A DNA stretch of 64,000 nt, taken from positions 316,209 through 380,208 of the forward strand of contig CBDFKJ010000008.1 in assembly GCA_965248805.1 (NCBI GenBank). Reading direction: 5' to 3'. Below the pieces are notes generated by a model, which ran no database searches, had not been told where the DNA came from, and saw only the letters and a list, made by a program, of their open reading frames with translations. Positions 10,214 to 20,360 of this stretch are shown here, piece after piece. This DNA is from Alphaproteobacteria bacterium. Its GTDB lineage: Bacteria > Pseudomonadota > Alphaproteobacteria > UBA6615. Position numbers and translations under genes: made by a program. The first letter of the stretch is position 1. Each line of letters opens with the position of its first letter.

Positions 10214-11431
10214 CTAGGCCGCGCGCTTCAGTTGCAGGTTCGACCACACGTCTTCTATCGCCGCCAGCAGCCGGTCCATGGCGGCATCGTCGTGCAGCGG
10301 CGATGGTGTGATACGCAGGCGTTCGGTGCCGCGCGGCACGGTCGGATAGTTGATCGGCTGCACATAGATCCGGTGGCGGCTCATCAGTTCGTCGCTGGCC
10401 TGCTTGCACAACGCCGCCTCGCCCACGAGCACCGGAACGATGTGACACTCCGACGGCAGCATCGGAATGCCGCGTTCGTTCAATCGGCGCTTCAGGGTCG
10501 CCGACCGCTCCTGATGTCGGGCGCGGATGGCGTCGCCGTCCTTCAGGATGCGGATGCTGGTCAGCGCCCCGGCCGCGAGCGCCGGCGGCAGCGCCGTGGT
10601 GAAGATGAACGCCTCGCCGTTGGAGCGCACGAAATCGACCAGGTTCGACGACGCCGCGATGTAGCCACCCATGACGCCGAAGGCCTTGCCCAGCGTTCCC
10701 TGGACAATGTCGATGTGGTGCATGACACCCTCGCGCTCGGCCACGCCGGCGCCACGCGGGCCGTACATGCCGACCGCGTGCACCTCGTCGAGGAAGGTCA
10801 ACGCGTTGTGCCGTTCGGCGACGTCGCAGATTTCAGCGATCGGCGAGATGTCGCCGTCCATCGAATAGACCGACTCGAACGCCACCAGCTTCGGCCGATG
10901 CGGATCGAACTCGCTCAACAGTTCGTCGAGATGGGCCGGGTCGTTGTGCCGGAAGATGCGTTTTTCGGCGCGGCTGTAGCGGATGCCGGCGATCATCGAA
11001 TTGTGATTGAGCGCGTCGGAGAAGATGACGCATTCGGGCAGCCGCGAAGCCAGCGTCGACAAGGTCGTCAGGTTGGCCACATAGCCCGACGTGAACAGGA
11101 GCGCGCCTTCTTTGCGGTGCAGGTCCGCCAACTCCTGCTCCAGCAGCACGTGATAGTGGTTGGTGCCGGAGATGTTGCGCGTGCCGCCGGCACCGGCGCC
11201 GCATTCGGCCAGGGCCGCGCGCATCGCGTCCAACACCGTTTCGTTCTGGCCCATGCCCAGATAGTCATTGCTGCACCAGACCGTCACACCGTCGACTTCG
11301 CTGCCGTCCGGCATGTAGCGCTTGGCGCGGGGAAACTGGCCGGCGTGCCGCTCGAGCTCGGCGAATATGCGATAGCGGCCTTCCGCGCGGAGGCCACTCA
11401 GGCTGTCGGCGAAATAGCGCTCATAGTCCAT
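10214..11431 (-). CDS. hemA: 5-aminolevulinate synthase
   Basis: [30 protein letters not shown] and GTLGKAFG. Confidence 0.95.
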   Translation of the reverse strand: MDYERYFADSLSGLRAEGRYRIFAELERHAGQFPRAKRYMPDGSEVDGVTVWCSNDYLGMGQNETVLDAMRAALAECGAGAGGTRNISGTNHYHVLLEQELADLHRKEGALLFTSGYVANLTTLSTLASRLPECVIFSDALNHNSMIAGIRYSRAEKRIFRHNDPAHLDELLSEFDPHRPKLVAFESVYSMDGDISPIAEICDVAERHNALTFLDEVHAVGMYGPRGAGVAEREGVMHHIDIVQGTLGKAFGVMGGYIAASSNLVDFVRSNGEAFIFTTALPPALAAGALTSIRILKDGDAIRARHQERSATLKRRLNERGIPMLPSECHIVPVLVGEAALCKQASDELMSRHRIYVQPINYPTVPRGTERLRITPSPLHDDAAMDRLLAAIEDVWSNLQLKRAA

Positions 11432-11482
11432 GGCATCATCCTCTCACGGCCGCAGCTTGGTGCGCGATGGCGAGGCACGCCA

Positions 11483-11496
11483 TTGAGCTTAGTCAA
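11483..11496. promoter_or_regulatory. FNR/FixK-like box TTGAG-N4-GTCAA upstream of hemA
   Basis: 8/10 match to TTGAT-N4-ATCAA, 52-65 bp before the start; hemA is FnrL/FixK-regulated in several alphaproteobacteria. Confidence 0.45.
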
Positions 11497-11615
11497 GTCC
11501 AGCGCCACAATCCAGGCGCATCGCGGTATTATGGCGCGTCACATCGCGGTGAACGGAACCGGCGGCGCCCGTGAGTGTAGGTCGATTTATGTTTAAGGAT
11601 TCCTAACCACCCGCC

Positions 11616-12637
11616 TTAGCAGCCCGTTGAAAAAGTCGCGGCCATCTGACTCTGTGACGAGGGCATGGTTCGAGTCGGGAGCTTCGTCATGGCGTTGGGA
11701 CACACAGGTCCTCGGCGAACGCATCGAAAACCGGCATCGACCAGCCAGCTGGTCGTAAAACACGTGGCAGGGCGGACGACAAGGGGATCGACAGGTGGAC
11801 TTGAGCGAGGCATCTCTGCCCAACTGACCATCATCTTGCCGTCATGGCGGGCGGCATCGGTCACCGCCGAGCCGCGGATGAAGCCGTAGGCCCGATCGAT
11901 GACGACATGATTCTTGTAGCCGAACACCGGGATCGCGATGTCGGGCACGCGCCGTTGCGACCCGGCGGGGTTCTTGCGCCGCCCGGTCTTCACCGTCCAC
12001 CGCGCATCCGTGTCCTTCTGCGCCGCCTTGGCTGGCTGATCGGGCCAGACCTCGGACGCGCTCTTGCCCGCCTTGATCGCCCGCTTCTCGTCATCGCGGT
12101 CGCGCTGCTTGGGCGCCGATACCAGGGTCGCATCGACGATCTGCCCGCCCATCGCCAGATAGCCGCACCGGCGCAATTCGCCATCGAAGGCGGCAAACAG
12201 CTCATCCATCGCCCCGGCCCGGACCAGACGCTCGCGAAAGGTCCAGATGGTGTTCCGGTCCGGCGTCGGCGCTCCGAGATCGAAGCCCAGGAAGCGAAGC
12301 CAACTCAAGCGGTCGCGGATCAGAAACTCCATCCGCTCGTCGCTCACCGTGTGCCGCGCGGCCAGGACCAGAACCTTGAACATCGCCACCGCATCGTAGG
12401 CCGGGCGGCCGCCTCTCGATCCGTCCGAATAGCCCAGCGCCGCCTCAAGCGGTGCGCGGAAAATCTCGAAATCGACAACCTTCGCCAGCACCTCCAACGG
12501 ATCGCCAGTCGCCGAAAGCTTGCGCAAATGATCCGGTAAGCCGAACAGGCCAGTCTGCCTCATCAATACCCCCCTCGAATCGAACCGCCGCAGAGAATCA
12601 CAACAAGGCAAAATTGGCGAGGTAAATAGAGGCGTCC
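11616..12637 (-). mobile_element. truncated IS5-family element joined to the end of a second IS
   Basis: Transposase from ATG 12563 (GRPAYD, PTPDRNTIW, IVDATLV, FGYKNH) breaks off near 11830. The left end CAGCCCGTTGAAAAAGTC looks like a different IS terminus. Confidence 0.8.
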
Positions 12638-12885
12638 ACCTTTACGCCTCCGGTTGCGTTGGCGGACCCCACTAAAGAAGCCAACCCCACTCCAAGCAAA
12701 ACTGCGACAGCAGCGTGAGCGTTTCCTCGTTTCATTTTTCGTCCCTTTTGCGCATGTGTGATGAGGGCTCAGCATCACCTCGCTTGGGCACCGCTGAACT
12801 TCAGATGTAGTTATGTCAAACGGCTGAACAAGGCGGCTCCGGACGGATTGATCTCGCTCAATACGGTCGCCGCCGGCTTTGCGCG

Positions 12886-14238
12886 CTAGGCTGGCGCTGC
12901 CAGGCCGACGGCCTTCAATGCCTTGGCTTGGCGTCTTTCCAGCTTCGCCTCATCGAAATCGGCGACCAGATCGTGAAACATGCGATACCAGTTGAGTTCC
13001 GCCTTCAGGCGTAGGAACACCGAGCCGAGGCCTATGGCGGCGCGGTCCATCAGCACGAACTCGCGCGGCGGCATGACGCCGCCGACCTGGCGTAGCTCCA
13101 TATGCACCTTGCGGGCGACGCGGGCGCCATAGACGCCGCTATCGCTTTCCTGAATGCGCTGCACTTTGTCCTCCAGCAGCGGGGCGTACAGGTACTCGGC
13201 CCAGATGTTGAGCACGGCCAAGGTCTCGCGCGACAGATCGGTGAAACCCCAGGTCTCGTAGGCATGCACCGCCAGATCCTCATCGCCGGTCTGAAGCGCA
13301 TGATAGAGGTCGATGACGCCGCGCACGAACTTCGGCGCGAACACCCGGATGCAGCCAAAGTCGTACAGATTGACCGAGTGATCGCCGGGCCGAACCGTGT
13401 AGTTGCCCAAATGCGGATCGCCGTGAATGACGCCGTAGTTGTAGAACGGCACGTACCAGGCGCGGAACATGTTGGCCGCGATCTGGCAACGGCTGGCGGC
13501 GTCGCGGTCGACGAAATCGAGTAGCGGCTCGCCGTCCAACCACGTCGTCGTCAGCAAACGCTCCGTCGACAGCTCATCGACCATTTCGGGAACGTGGACG
13601 CCCTTTTCCTTGGCGAGTATGCGCCGGTAGAGCTTGGTGTGGCGCGCCTCGCGCACATAGTCGAGCTCTTCGCGCAGCCGCTCGCCGAGCTCGGCGTGAA
13701 TCTGGCTGGTATCGATGGTTTTGTCGTAGCGTTCGAAGACCGCGAACATCAGTTTGAGCTGCGACAGATCGGCGGCGACCGCCGACGACATGTCGGGATA
13801 CTGCAGCTTGCACGCCAGCTCCCGGCCGTCGAGGCCAATGGCGCGGTGGACCTGACCGAGCGAGGCGGCGCGGGCGGCGTGGCGTTCGAATTCGCGAAAC
13901 TTGCTGGGCCAATCGGGTCCCAGCTCCGCCGTCATCCGCCGTTTGACGAACGGCCAGCCCATCGACGGTGCGTTGGCCTGCAACTCAGTGAGTTCGGCGA
14001 CGTACTCCGCCGGCAGGGCGTCGGGAATGGTCGCCAGGATCTGTGCGGCCTTCATCAGCGGCCCCTTCAGCCCACCCAGCGCCGCCTTCAGGGCCGCAGC
14101 GTGGCGTTCGCGGTCGAGATCGAGACCCAGATAGCGGCTGCCGGCCGCCCGTGCCGCCAGACCGCCGACGGCCGTGCCGACGCGCGTGTAGCGGCCGACC
14201 CTGCCACGCAGGGTGGAGCGATCGTCCCCCTTTGCCAC
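12886..14238 (-). CDS. AarF/ABC1/UbiB family kinase
   Basis: LKGPLMK.AQ, ASLGQVHRA, KLQYP, HGDPHLGN and DFG. Confidence 0.9.
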   Translation of the reverse strand: MAKGDDRSTLRGRVGRYTRVGTAVGGLAARAAGSRYLGLDLDRERHAAALKAALGGLKGPLMKAAQILATIPDALPAEYVAELTELQANAPSMGWPFVKRRMTAELGPDWPSKFREFERHAARAASLGQVHRAIGLDGRELACKLQYPDMSSAVAADLSQLKLMFAVFERYDKTIDTSQIHAELGERLREELDYVREARHTKLYRRILAKEKGVHVPEMVDELSTERLLTTTWLDGEPLLDFVDRDAASRCQIAANMFRAWYVPFYNYGVIHGDPHLGNYTVRPGDHSVNLYDFGCIRVFAPKFVRGVIDLYHALQTGDEDLAVHAYETWGFTDLSRETLAVLNIWAEYLYAPLLEDKVQRIQESDSGVYGARVARKVHMELRQVGGVMPPREFVLMDRAAIGLGSVFLRLKAELNWYRMFHDLVADFDEAKLERRQAKALKAVGLAAPA

Positions 14239-14256
14239 GACTAGATCGACCGCCCG

Positions 14257-16056
14257 TCAGCCCAGCGCTTCAAGCTCATCGACGAACCCCTCGATGACAC
14301 CGAGGCCCTGTTGCCAGAAGCCGGGGTCGGCCGCGTCCAGTCCATAGGGCGCCAGCAACTCGCGGTGGCGCAGCGTGCCGCCGGCGCGCAGCGTATCCAG
14401 ATACTTCGCGGCGAAGCCGTCCGGGGCCCGCTCGTAGACCGCATACAGCGAATTCACCAGGCAATCGCCGAAGGCGTAGGCGTAGACATAGAAGGGCGCA
14501 TGGACGAAATGCGGGACATAGGCCCAGTAGTGCTTGTAGTCGTCGTCGAAGCGCAGCGCCGGCCCAAGGCTCTCCGATTGGACGTCCATCCAGATCGCGC
14601 CCAAGTCATCGACCAGCAGCTCGCCGTCCCGCCGCCGCTCGTGCACCCGGCGCTCGAATTCGTAGAACGCGATCTGGCGCACCACGGTGTTGAGCATGTC
14701 TTCGACCTTGCCGGCCAGCAACGCCCGGCGGCAGCGCGGATCGGTGGCCTCCGCCAGCAGCTTGCGGAACGTCAGCATCTCGCCGAACACGCTGGCGGTC
14801 TCGGCGAGCGTCAGCGGCGTGTCGGCCATCAGCAATCCCTGATCCGCCGCCAGCACCTGATGCACACCGTGGCCCAGCTCATGCGCCAGCGTCATCACGT
14901 CGCGCGACTTGCCCTGATAGTTGAGCAGCAGATACGGATGCGCGCTGGGCACCGTGGGGTGCGCAAACGCGCCGGGCGCCTTGCCCGGCCGCGCCGGCGC
15001 ATCGATCCAGGGCCGCTCGAAGAAGCGTTGGGCGATGCCGCCCAAGTCGGGCGAGAAGCGCTCATAGGCGTCCATAACCGTGCTCACGGCCTGATCCCAC
15101 GGCACGATGTTGGTATCGGCGTCCGGAAGCGGCGCGTTGCGGTCCCATTGGTCGAGCCGGTCGCCACCGAACCACTTGGCCTTGAGCCCGTAGTAGCGGT
15201 GACTCAGGCGCGGGTACGCACCGCGCACCGCCGACACCAGCGCGTCAACCACCTCGTCCTCGACGAAGTTGGCCAAGTTGCGGGACGAGCTCGGCCGCGC
15301 GAAATGACGCCACTCATCTTCGACCGCCTTGTCCTTGACGAGCGTGTTGGTGATGAACGCGAACGTCGTGGCGTTGGCGCCGAGCACGCGGCCAAGCGAT
15401 GCGGCGGCGGCGCGCCGTCTGTCGCGGTCGCGGTCGCTGAACAGGTTGAGGATCTGCGCCATCGACAGCTCCGCACCGTCGACGGTGAAGCGCAGGCGCG
15501 CCATGGTCTCGTCGAACAACCGCACCCACGCGCCCTTGCCCGCGACCGCCTTCTCGTGCAGCAGCTTCTCAAGATCCTCGGGGAGCTGATGCGGGCGAAA
15601 GGCACAGATTTCGCGCAGCCACGGCCGGAAACGCCCCAACTCCGGCGCCTTCAGCTTCTCTTCCAACGCCGTGTCGTCGATGCGGTTCATCTCCAAGGCA
15701 AAGAACAGTACGTGCGTGCCGATTTCGGTGACACGCTCGCGCATACTCTGGAAGAACTGGCCGATCTCAGGGTCGCCGACATTCGCGGAATGACACAGTT
15801 GGGCGAAGCTCGATACCCGGCCGAGCGCTTCCTGCAAGCGCTCGTACTCGCTCACCGCCGCCCCCAGCGCCGCACCGCCGAGCGACGCCAACCGGCCGGC
15901 GTAGCGCTTGGCGAACGCCTTCGCATCGGCCTCGGCCGTGCCGAGGTCCTTGCGCAATCGCTGCGACCGCATGCCGTCGTAGAGATCATCGAGGTCCCAT
16001 TCGGGCAGCGCGCCCAAATCGTCGTGGGTCGGCTGGGCGATGGCGGCGTCAGTCAT
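14257..16056 (-). CDS. M3 family oligoendopeptidase F
   Basis: TLAHELGHGVH, AETAS and PHF...FYVYAYAFG. Confidence 0.9.
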   Translation of the reverse strand: MTDAAIAQPTHDDLGALPEWDLDDLYDGMRSQRLRKDLGTAEADAKAFAKRYAGRLASLGGAALGAAVSEYERLQEALGRVSSFAQLCHSANVGDPEIGQFFQSMRERVTEIGTHVLFFALEMNRIDDTALEEKLKAPELGRFRPWLREICAFRPHQLPEDLEKLLHEKAVAGKGAWVRLFDETMARLRFTVDGAELSMAQILNLFSDRDRDRRRAAAASLGRVLGANATTFAFITNTLVKDKAVEDEWRHFARPSSSRNLANFVEDEVVDALVSAVRGAYPRLSHRYYGLKAKWFGGDRLDQWDRNAPLPDADTNIVPWDQAVSTVMDAYERFSPDLGGIAQRFFERPWIDAPARPGKAPGAFAHPTVPSAHPYLLLNYQGKSRDVMTLAHELGHGVHQVLAADQGLLMADTPLTLAETASVFGEMLTFRKLLAEATDPRCRRALLAGKVEDMLNTVVRQIAFYEFERRVHERRRDGELLVDDLGAIWMDVQSESLGPALRFDDDYKHYWAYVPHFVHAPFYVYAYAFGDCLVNSLYAVYERAPDGFAAKYLDTLRAGGTLRHRELLAPYGLDAADPGFWQQGLGVIEGFVDELEALG

Positions 16057-16172
16057 GTGTGGCTCCTTGCGCGATGGCGAAGTCCCATATCACAATCATT
16101 AGTGTTGGCCACTAGTATTGGCGGCGATGCGGTGTACAACAAGCCGCGCGGCATCGGAGGGAGGGCGATTCG

Positions 16173-17990
16173 ATGACATACAGCGACCGCTACGCACAAT
16201 GGCGCAGCCTGCCGCAGGTCTTCTTCGACAAGGCCGCAGAGTTGGGCGAAAAGCCGTTTGCCTGGTCGAAGCATCAGAAATCGTGGCGCCCGTTGGGTTG
16301 GCGTGCAGCGCAGGACGAGGTGAGCGGGCTGAGCCGCGGTCTGCGCAGACTGGGCGTGGCACCGGGCGACCGGGTCGCCCTGGTGTCGGAGAATCGCCCG
16401 GAATGGGCCTTGGCCGAGTTGGCGATCATGGCCGCGCGCGCCATCACGGTGCCGGCCTACACCACCAACACCGTCGCCGACCATACCCATGTCCTGAAGG
16501 ACTCCGGCGCCAAGCTCGCGATCGTTTCGACCGCGCGCCTGGCCGAGCGCCTGCTGCCGGCGGCGCAGGAAGCGGAAGTCGAGGCCGTCATTGCCCTGCA
16601 AACGCCGACGGCGCAAGCGACCGTGCCGGTACACGCGTGGAGTGACGTCGTCGACAGCGGCCGCGCGCAGGCCGACGATGTCATCTCATTTGCCTCCGAG
16701 ATCAATCGCGGCGACATCAGCTGCCTGATCTACACCTCCGGCACCGGCGGCGATCCCAAGGGCGTGATGCTCAGCCATGGCGCCATCATCTGCAATTGCA
16801 TGGGCGCCTTCCACCTCTTCAACGATCCCGGCGAACTGGACGTCGACCGCGAGGTGTTCCTGTCGTTCCTGCCGTTGAGCCACTCGTATGAGCACGCGGC
16901 GGGACTGCACTTTCCAATTTCCATCGGTGCCGAGATCTACTACGCCGAAAGCGTCGAGCGGCTGGTCGACAACATGGCCGAGGTGCGCCCGACCATCATG
17001 ACCGCGGTGCCGCGGCTGTATGAGTTGATGCATCAACGCATTGTCACCGGGGTCGATCGCAAGGGCGGTCTGTCGGCAAAACTGTTCCACCGTTCGGTAA
17101 CGCTGGGCACGAAGCGCTACAAGCACAGCGCGGCATCCCTCGGTCTGGCCGAACGCATCACCGACCGGGTGCTCGACAAGTTGGTACGCGCCAAGGTCGC
17201 CGAGCGTTTCGGCGGCCGCTTGAAGGCCTTCGTCTCCGGTGGGGCGCCGCTCAATCCCGAGATCGGCGAGTTCTTCCTGGCGCTTGGCGTCCGCTTGTTG
17301 CAGGGCTACGGCCAAACCGAGACCGCGCCCGTGGTCTCGTGCAATCCTCTCAACGCCATCAAGATCGAGACCGTCGGTCCACCGGTGAAGGATGTCGAGG
17401 TCAAGATCGCCGACGACGGTGAAATCGTCGTGCGCGGCGAGCTGACGATGCAGGGCTATTGGAACAATCCGCAGGCCACGGCCGAGGTCTTGCGCGACGG
17501 CTGGGTGCACACCGGCGACATCGGCGAGATCGACGCCGAAGGCTACATCAGGATTACCGACCGCAAGAAGGACATCATCGTCAATTCCGGCGGCGACAAT
17601 CTGTCGCCGGCGCGGGTTGAGTCGATGCTCACCTTCGAGCCCGAACTGGAGCAGGCGATGGTCTATGGCGATCGCCGCCCGCATCTTGTCGCCGTGGTGG
17701 TGCCCGACCAGCATTTTGCCGATGCCTGGGCGAAGTCTCACGGTAAGGACGCCGATCTCGCGACATTGGCCACGGACGCCGAGTTTCACCATGCGTTGGC
17801 GGCGGTGGTCGATCGCGTCAATGCGCGGCTGTCGATGATCGAGAGGGTTCGGCGGTTCATCGTCGCGCAAGCGCCGTTCACCACCGAGAACGGCTTGCAG
17901 ACGCCGTCGCTGAAGATCCGCCGTCACAAGATCAAAGACAAATACGGCGACGCGCTCGAATCGCTCTACGCCCACGGCGCGGCAGCATAG
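16173..17990 (+). CDS. long-chain fatty acid-CoA ligase
   Basis: YTSGTGGDPKG, GYGQTE, HTGDIG and DRKKD. Confidence 0.9.
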   Translation: MTYSDRYAQWRSLPQVFFDKAAELGEKPFAWSKHQKSWRPLGWRAAQDEVSGLSRGLRRLGVAPGDRVALVSENRPEWALAELAIMAARAITVPAYTTNTVADHTHVLKDSGAKLAIVSTARLAERLLPAAQEAEVEAVIALQTPTAQATVPVHAWSDVVDSGRAQADDVISFASEINRGDISCLIYTSGTGGDPKGVMLSHGAIICNCMGAFHLFNDPGELDVDREVFLSFLPLSHSYEHAAGLHFPISIGAEIYYAESVERLVDNMAEVRPTIMTAVPRLYELMHQRIVTGVDRKGGLSAKLFHRSVTLGTKRYKHSAASLGLAERITDRVLDKLVRAKVAERFGGRLKAFVSGGAPLNPEIGEFFLALGVRLLQGYGQTETAPVVSCNPLNAIKIETVGPPVKDVEVKIADDGEIVVRGELTMQGYWNNPQATAEVLRDGWVHTGDIGEIDAEGYIRITDRKKDIIVNSGGDNLSPARVESMLTFEPELEQAMVYGDRRPHLVAVVVPDQHFADAWAKSHGKDADLATLATDAEFHHALAAVVDRVNARLSMIERVRRFIVAQAPFTTENGLQTPSLKIRRHKIKDKYGDALESLYAHGAAA

Positions 17991-18113
17991 TTCGCGGGTG
18001 GCCCACGCGCGCGAACATTGCGTGGCAGCGGCCGAATGCTCCAAACCGCCCGCGCAGCAAACGCTGGCGTAGACACATACCGGCCGGTCCAATGTGGGAG
18101 AGTGAAACAGGCG

Positions 18114-19170
18114 ATGGGACGCAGATACGAGAACATCCTCGGAACCGTGGGCAACACGCCGGTAGTCAAGATCGGCAAGCTGGCGCCGAAAGGGATCGAC
18201 CTCTACGTCAAGATCGAGGCGTTCAACCTCCTGGGATCGGTGAAGGATAGGCTGGCCCTGGGCGTCATCGAAGACGCCGAACGGACCGGCGCGCTGAAGC
18301 CCGGGCAGACCGTGATCGAGGCCACCAGCGGCAACACCGGCATCGGCCTTGCCATGGTGTGAGCGCAAAAGGGCTGTCCGCTCGTCGTGACCATGGCGGA
18401 GAGTTTCAGCGTCGAGCGGCGCAAGCTGATGCGCTTTCTCGGCGCCAAGGTGGTGCTGACGCCGGTCGCCGCGAAGGGAACCGGCATGGTCAGCAAAGCG
18501 AACGAGCTGGCCGCCGCGCATGGCTGGTTTCTGACCCGCCAGTTCGAGAACGAGGCCAACGCCGACATGCATTCGCGTACCACGGCGAGGGAAATCCTCG
18601 ACGATTTCGCCGGCGAGAAGCTCGACTATTGGGTGACCGGGTTCGGCACCGGCGGGACGCTGAAGGGCGTGGCACGCGTCCTGGCCAAGGAGCGGCCGGA
18701 GACCAAGATCGTCGTTTGCGAGCCGGAGTTGGCGCCGATGCTCAGTGCCGGCGTCGCGCAAGACCGCAACCCCGACGGCTCACCGGCCGCCAGCCATCCG
18801 TCGTTCACGCCGCACCCGATGCAAGGTTGGAGCCCGGACTTCATCCCGAAGCTCACCGGCGACGCGGTCGCGGCCGGCGCGATCGACGAACTGCTGAAGA
18901 TCCCGGCGCCGGAGGCGATGCGCTGCAGCCGGGAACTGGCGCAGAAGGAAGGCATCTTCGTTGGCATAACCTCGGGCGCGACCTTCGCCGGCGCGCTCAA
19001 GGTCTGCGCGCAAGCGCCGGCCGGCTCGACCGTGATCGCCATGCTGCCCGACACTGGCGAACGCTTTTTAACGACACCGCTATTCGGTGACGTTTCCGGC
19101 GGACATGACCGAGGCGGAGTTGGAGATCTCGAATTCGACACCCGGCTTCCACCTGCCCGCCGCCGCCTGA
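18114..19170 (+). pseudogene. cysK: cysteine synthase with an in-frame nonsense codon
   Basis: GNTP, SVKDR and TSGNTGIG, then TGA at 18360-18362 where Cys is expected (MV*AQKG). The same frame continues to LPDTGER; the 3' end also looks frameshifted. Confidence 0.85.
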
Positions 19171-19181
19171 CGGACGCGGAC

Positions 19182-20159
19182 TCAGCCCAGGTGATAGGAG
19201 CGGTACCACTCGACGAAGCGCGGGACGCCCTCATCGATCGAGGTCTTGGGCGAAAACCGCAGATCGCGCTTAGCGGCGGCGATGTCGGCGAAGGTCTCTT
19301 TCACGTCGCCTAGCTGCATCGGTTGGAAATCGAGCTGCGCCTTGCTGCCCAGCGCCTTCTCGATCAGCTCAATGAACCGCAGCAGCGGCTCGGAACTATT
19401 GTTGCCCAGGTTGTAGACGCGGTGCGGCACGCCGTCGCCGCGCGGCGGCCGTTTGATCGCGGCCAGCGTGCCGGCGACGATATCGTCGATGTAGGTGAAA
19501 TCGCGGCGCATGTCGCCATGGTTGAACACCGGGATCGCTTCGCCGGCCAGGATCTTGCGCACGAAAATGTAGGCCGACATGTCGGGCCGACCCCAGGGTC
19601 CGTAGACCGTGAAGAAGCGCAGGCCGGTTGCCTTCACGCCAAAGATGTTGGCGTAGGCGTGGGTCATCAGCTCGTCGGCGCATTTGGTGGCGGCGTAGAG
19701 CGAGACCGGATTGTCGACGCGGTCCTTGACCGAGAACGGCAGTTTGGTGTTGCCGCCATAGACGGAGGACGAGCTGGCATAGACGAAGTGGTCCAGATCG
19801 TCGCCCAGGCGCCGCGCGCATTCCATCATGTTGAAGTGGCCGACCAGATTTGCGGTCACATAGGCACGCGGATTGGTCAGGCTGTAGCGGACACCGGCCT
19901 GGGCGGCGAGATGGACGATACGCGTGACATCGGGGGTCTGGTCCACGATCCGGTCGATCACCGCTTCGTCGGCGATGTCGGCGCGGACGAAGCGAAAGCC
20001 GGACTGCCCCTCGATCTTGGCCAGGCGCGCCTGTTTCAGGGTCGGGTCGCAATAGTCATTGAGATTGTCGATGCCCACGACCTGCTCGCCGCGCCCGAGC
20101 AGCGCCGCGGCAACATGGAATCCAATGAACCCGGCGACCCCGGTTAGTAAGATGGTCAC
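19182..20159 (-). CDS. NAD-dependent epimerase (UDP-glucuronate 4-epimerase-like)
   Basis: TGVAGFIG, HLAAQAGVRYS, YAATK and RFFTVYGPWGRPDM. Confidence 0.9.
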   Translation of the reverse strand: MTILLTGVAGFIGFHVAAALLGRGEQVVGIDNLNDYCDPTLKQARLAKIEGQSGFRFVRADIADEAVIDRIVDQTPDVTRIVHLAAQAGVRYSLTNPRAYVTANLVGHFNMMECARRLGDDLDHFVYASSSSVYGGNTKLPFSVKDRVDNPVSLYAATKCADELMTHAYANIFGVKATGLRFFTVYGPWGRPDMSAYIFVRKILAGEAIPVFNHGDMRRDFTYIDDIVAGTLAAIKRPPRGDGVPHRVYNLGNNSSEPLLRFIELIEKALGSKAQLDFQPMQLGDVKETFADIAAAKRDLRFSPKTSIDEGVPRFVEWYRSYHLG

Positions 20160-20360
20160 GCCAGCCCCCCTTGCGATCACGCTGTGGTGTGCGTTGCGTT
20201 TGTGCCGGATTAACCCCCTCTTGGGCAAGGATCGGTTAGGATAAGACGACGCAATCCGCATATTGTTGCAAATTGCCTCGCTCGCACGGCGTTGAATGGA
20301 TATGCGCGGTGGCGATGCTTACCTAACGCGTGCACCCGGCTGTAGGCCGCAACGGGACGC

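Noticed and set aside
11592-11608. CtrA-like site TTAAGGATTCCTAAC
   Set aside because: The second half-site does not fit TTAA-N7-TTAA, and there is no supporting context.
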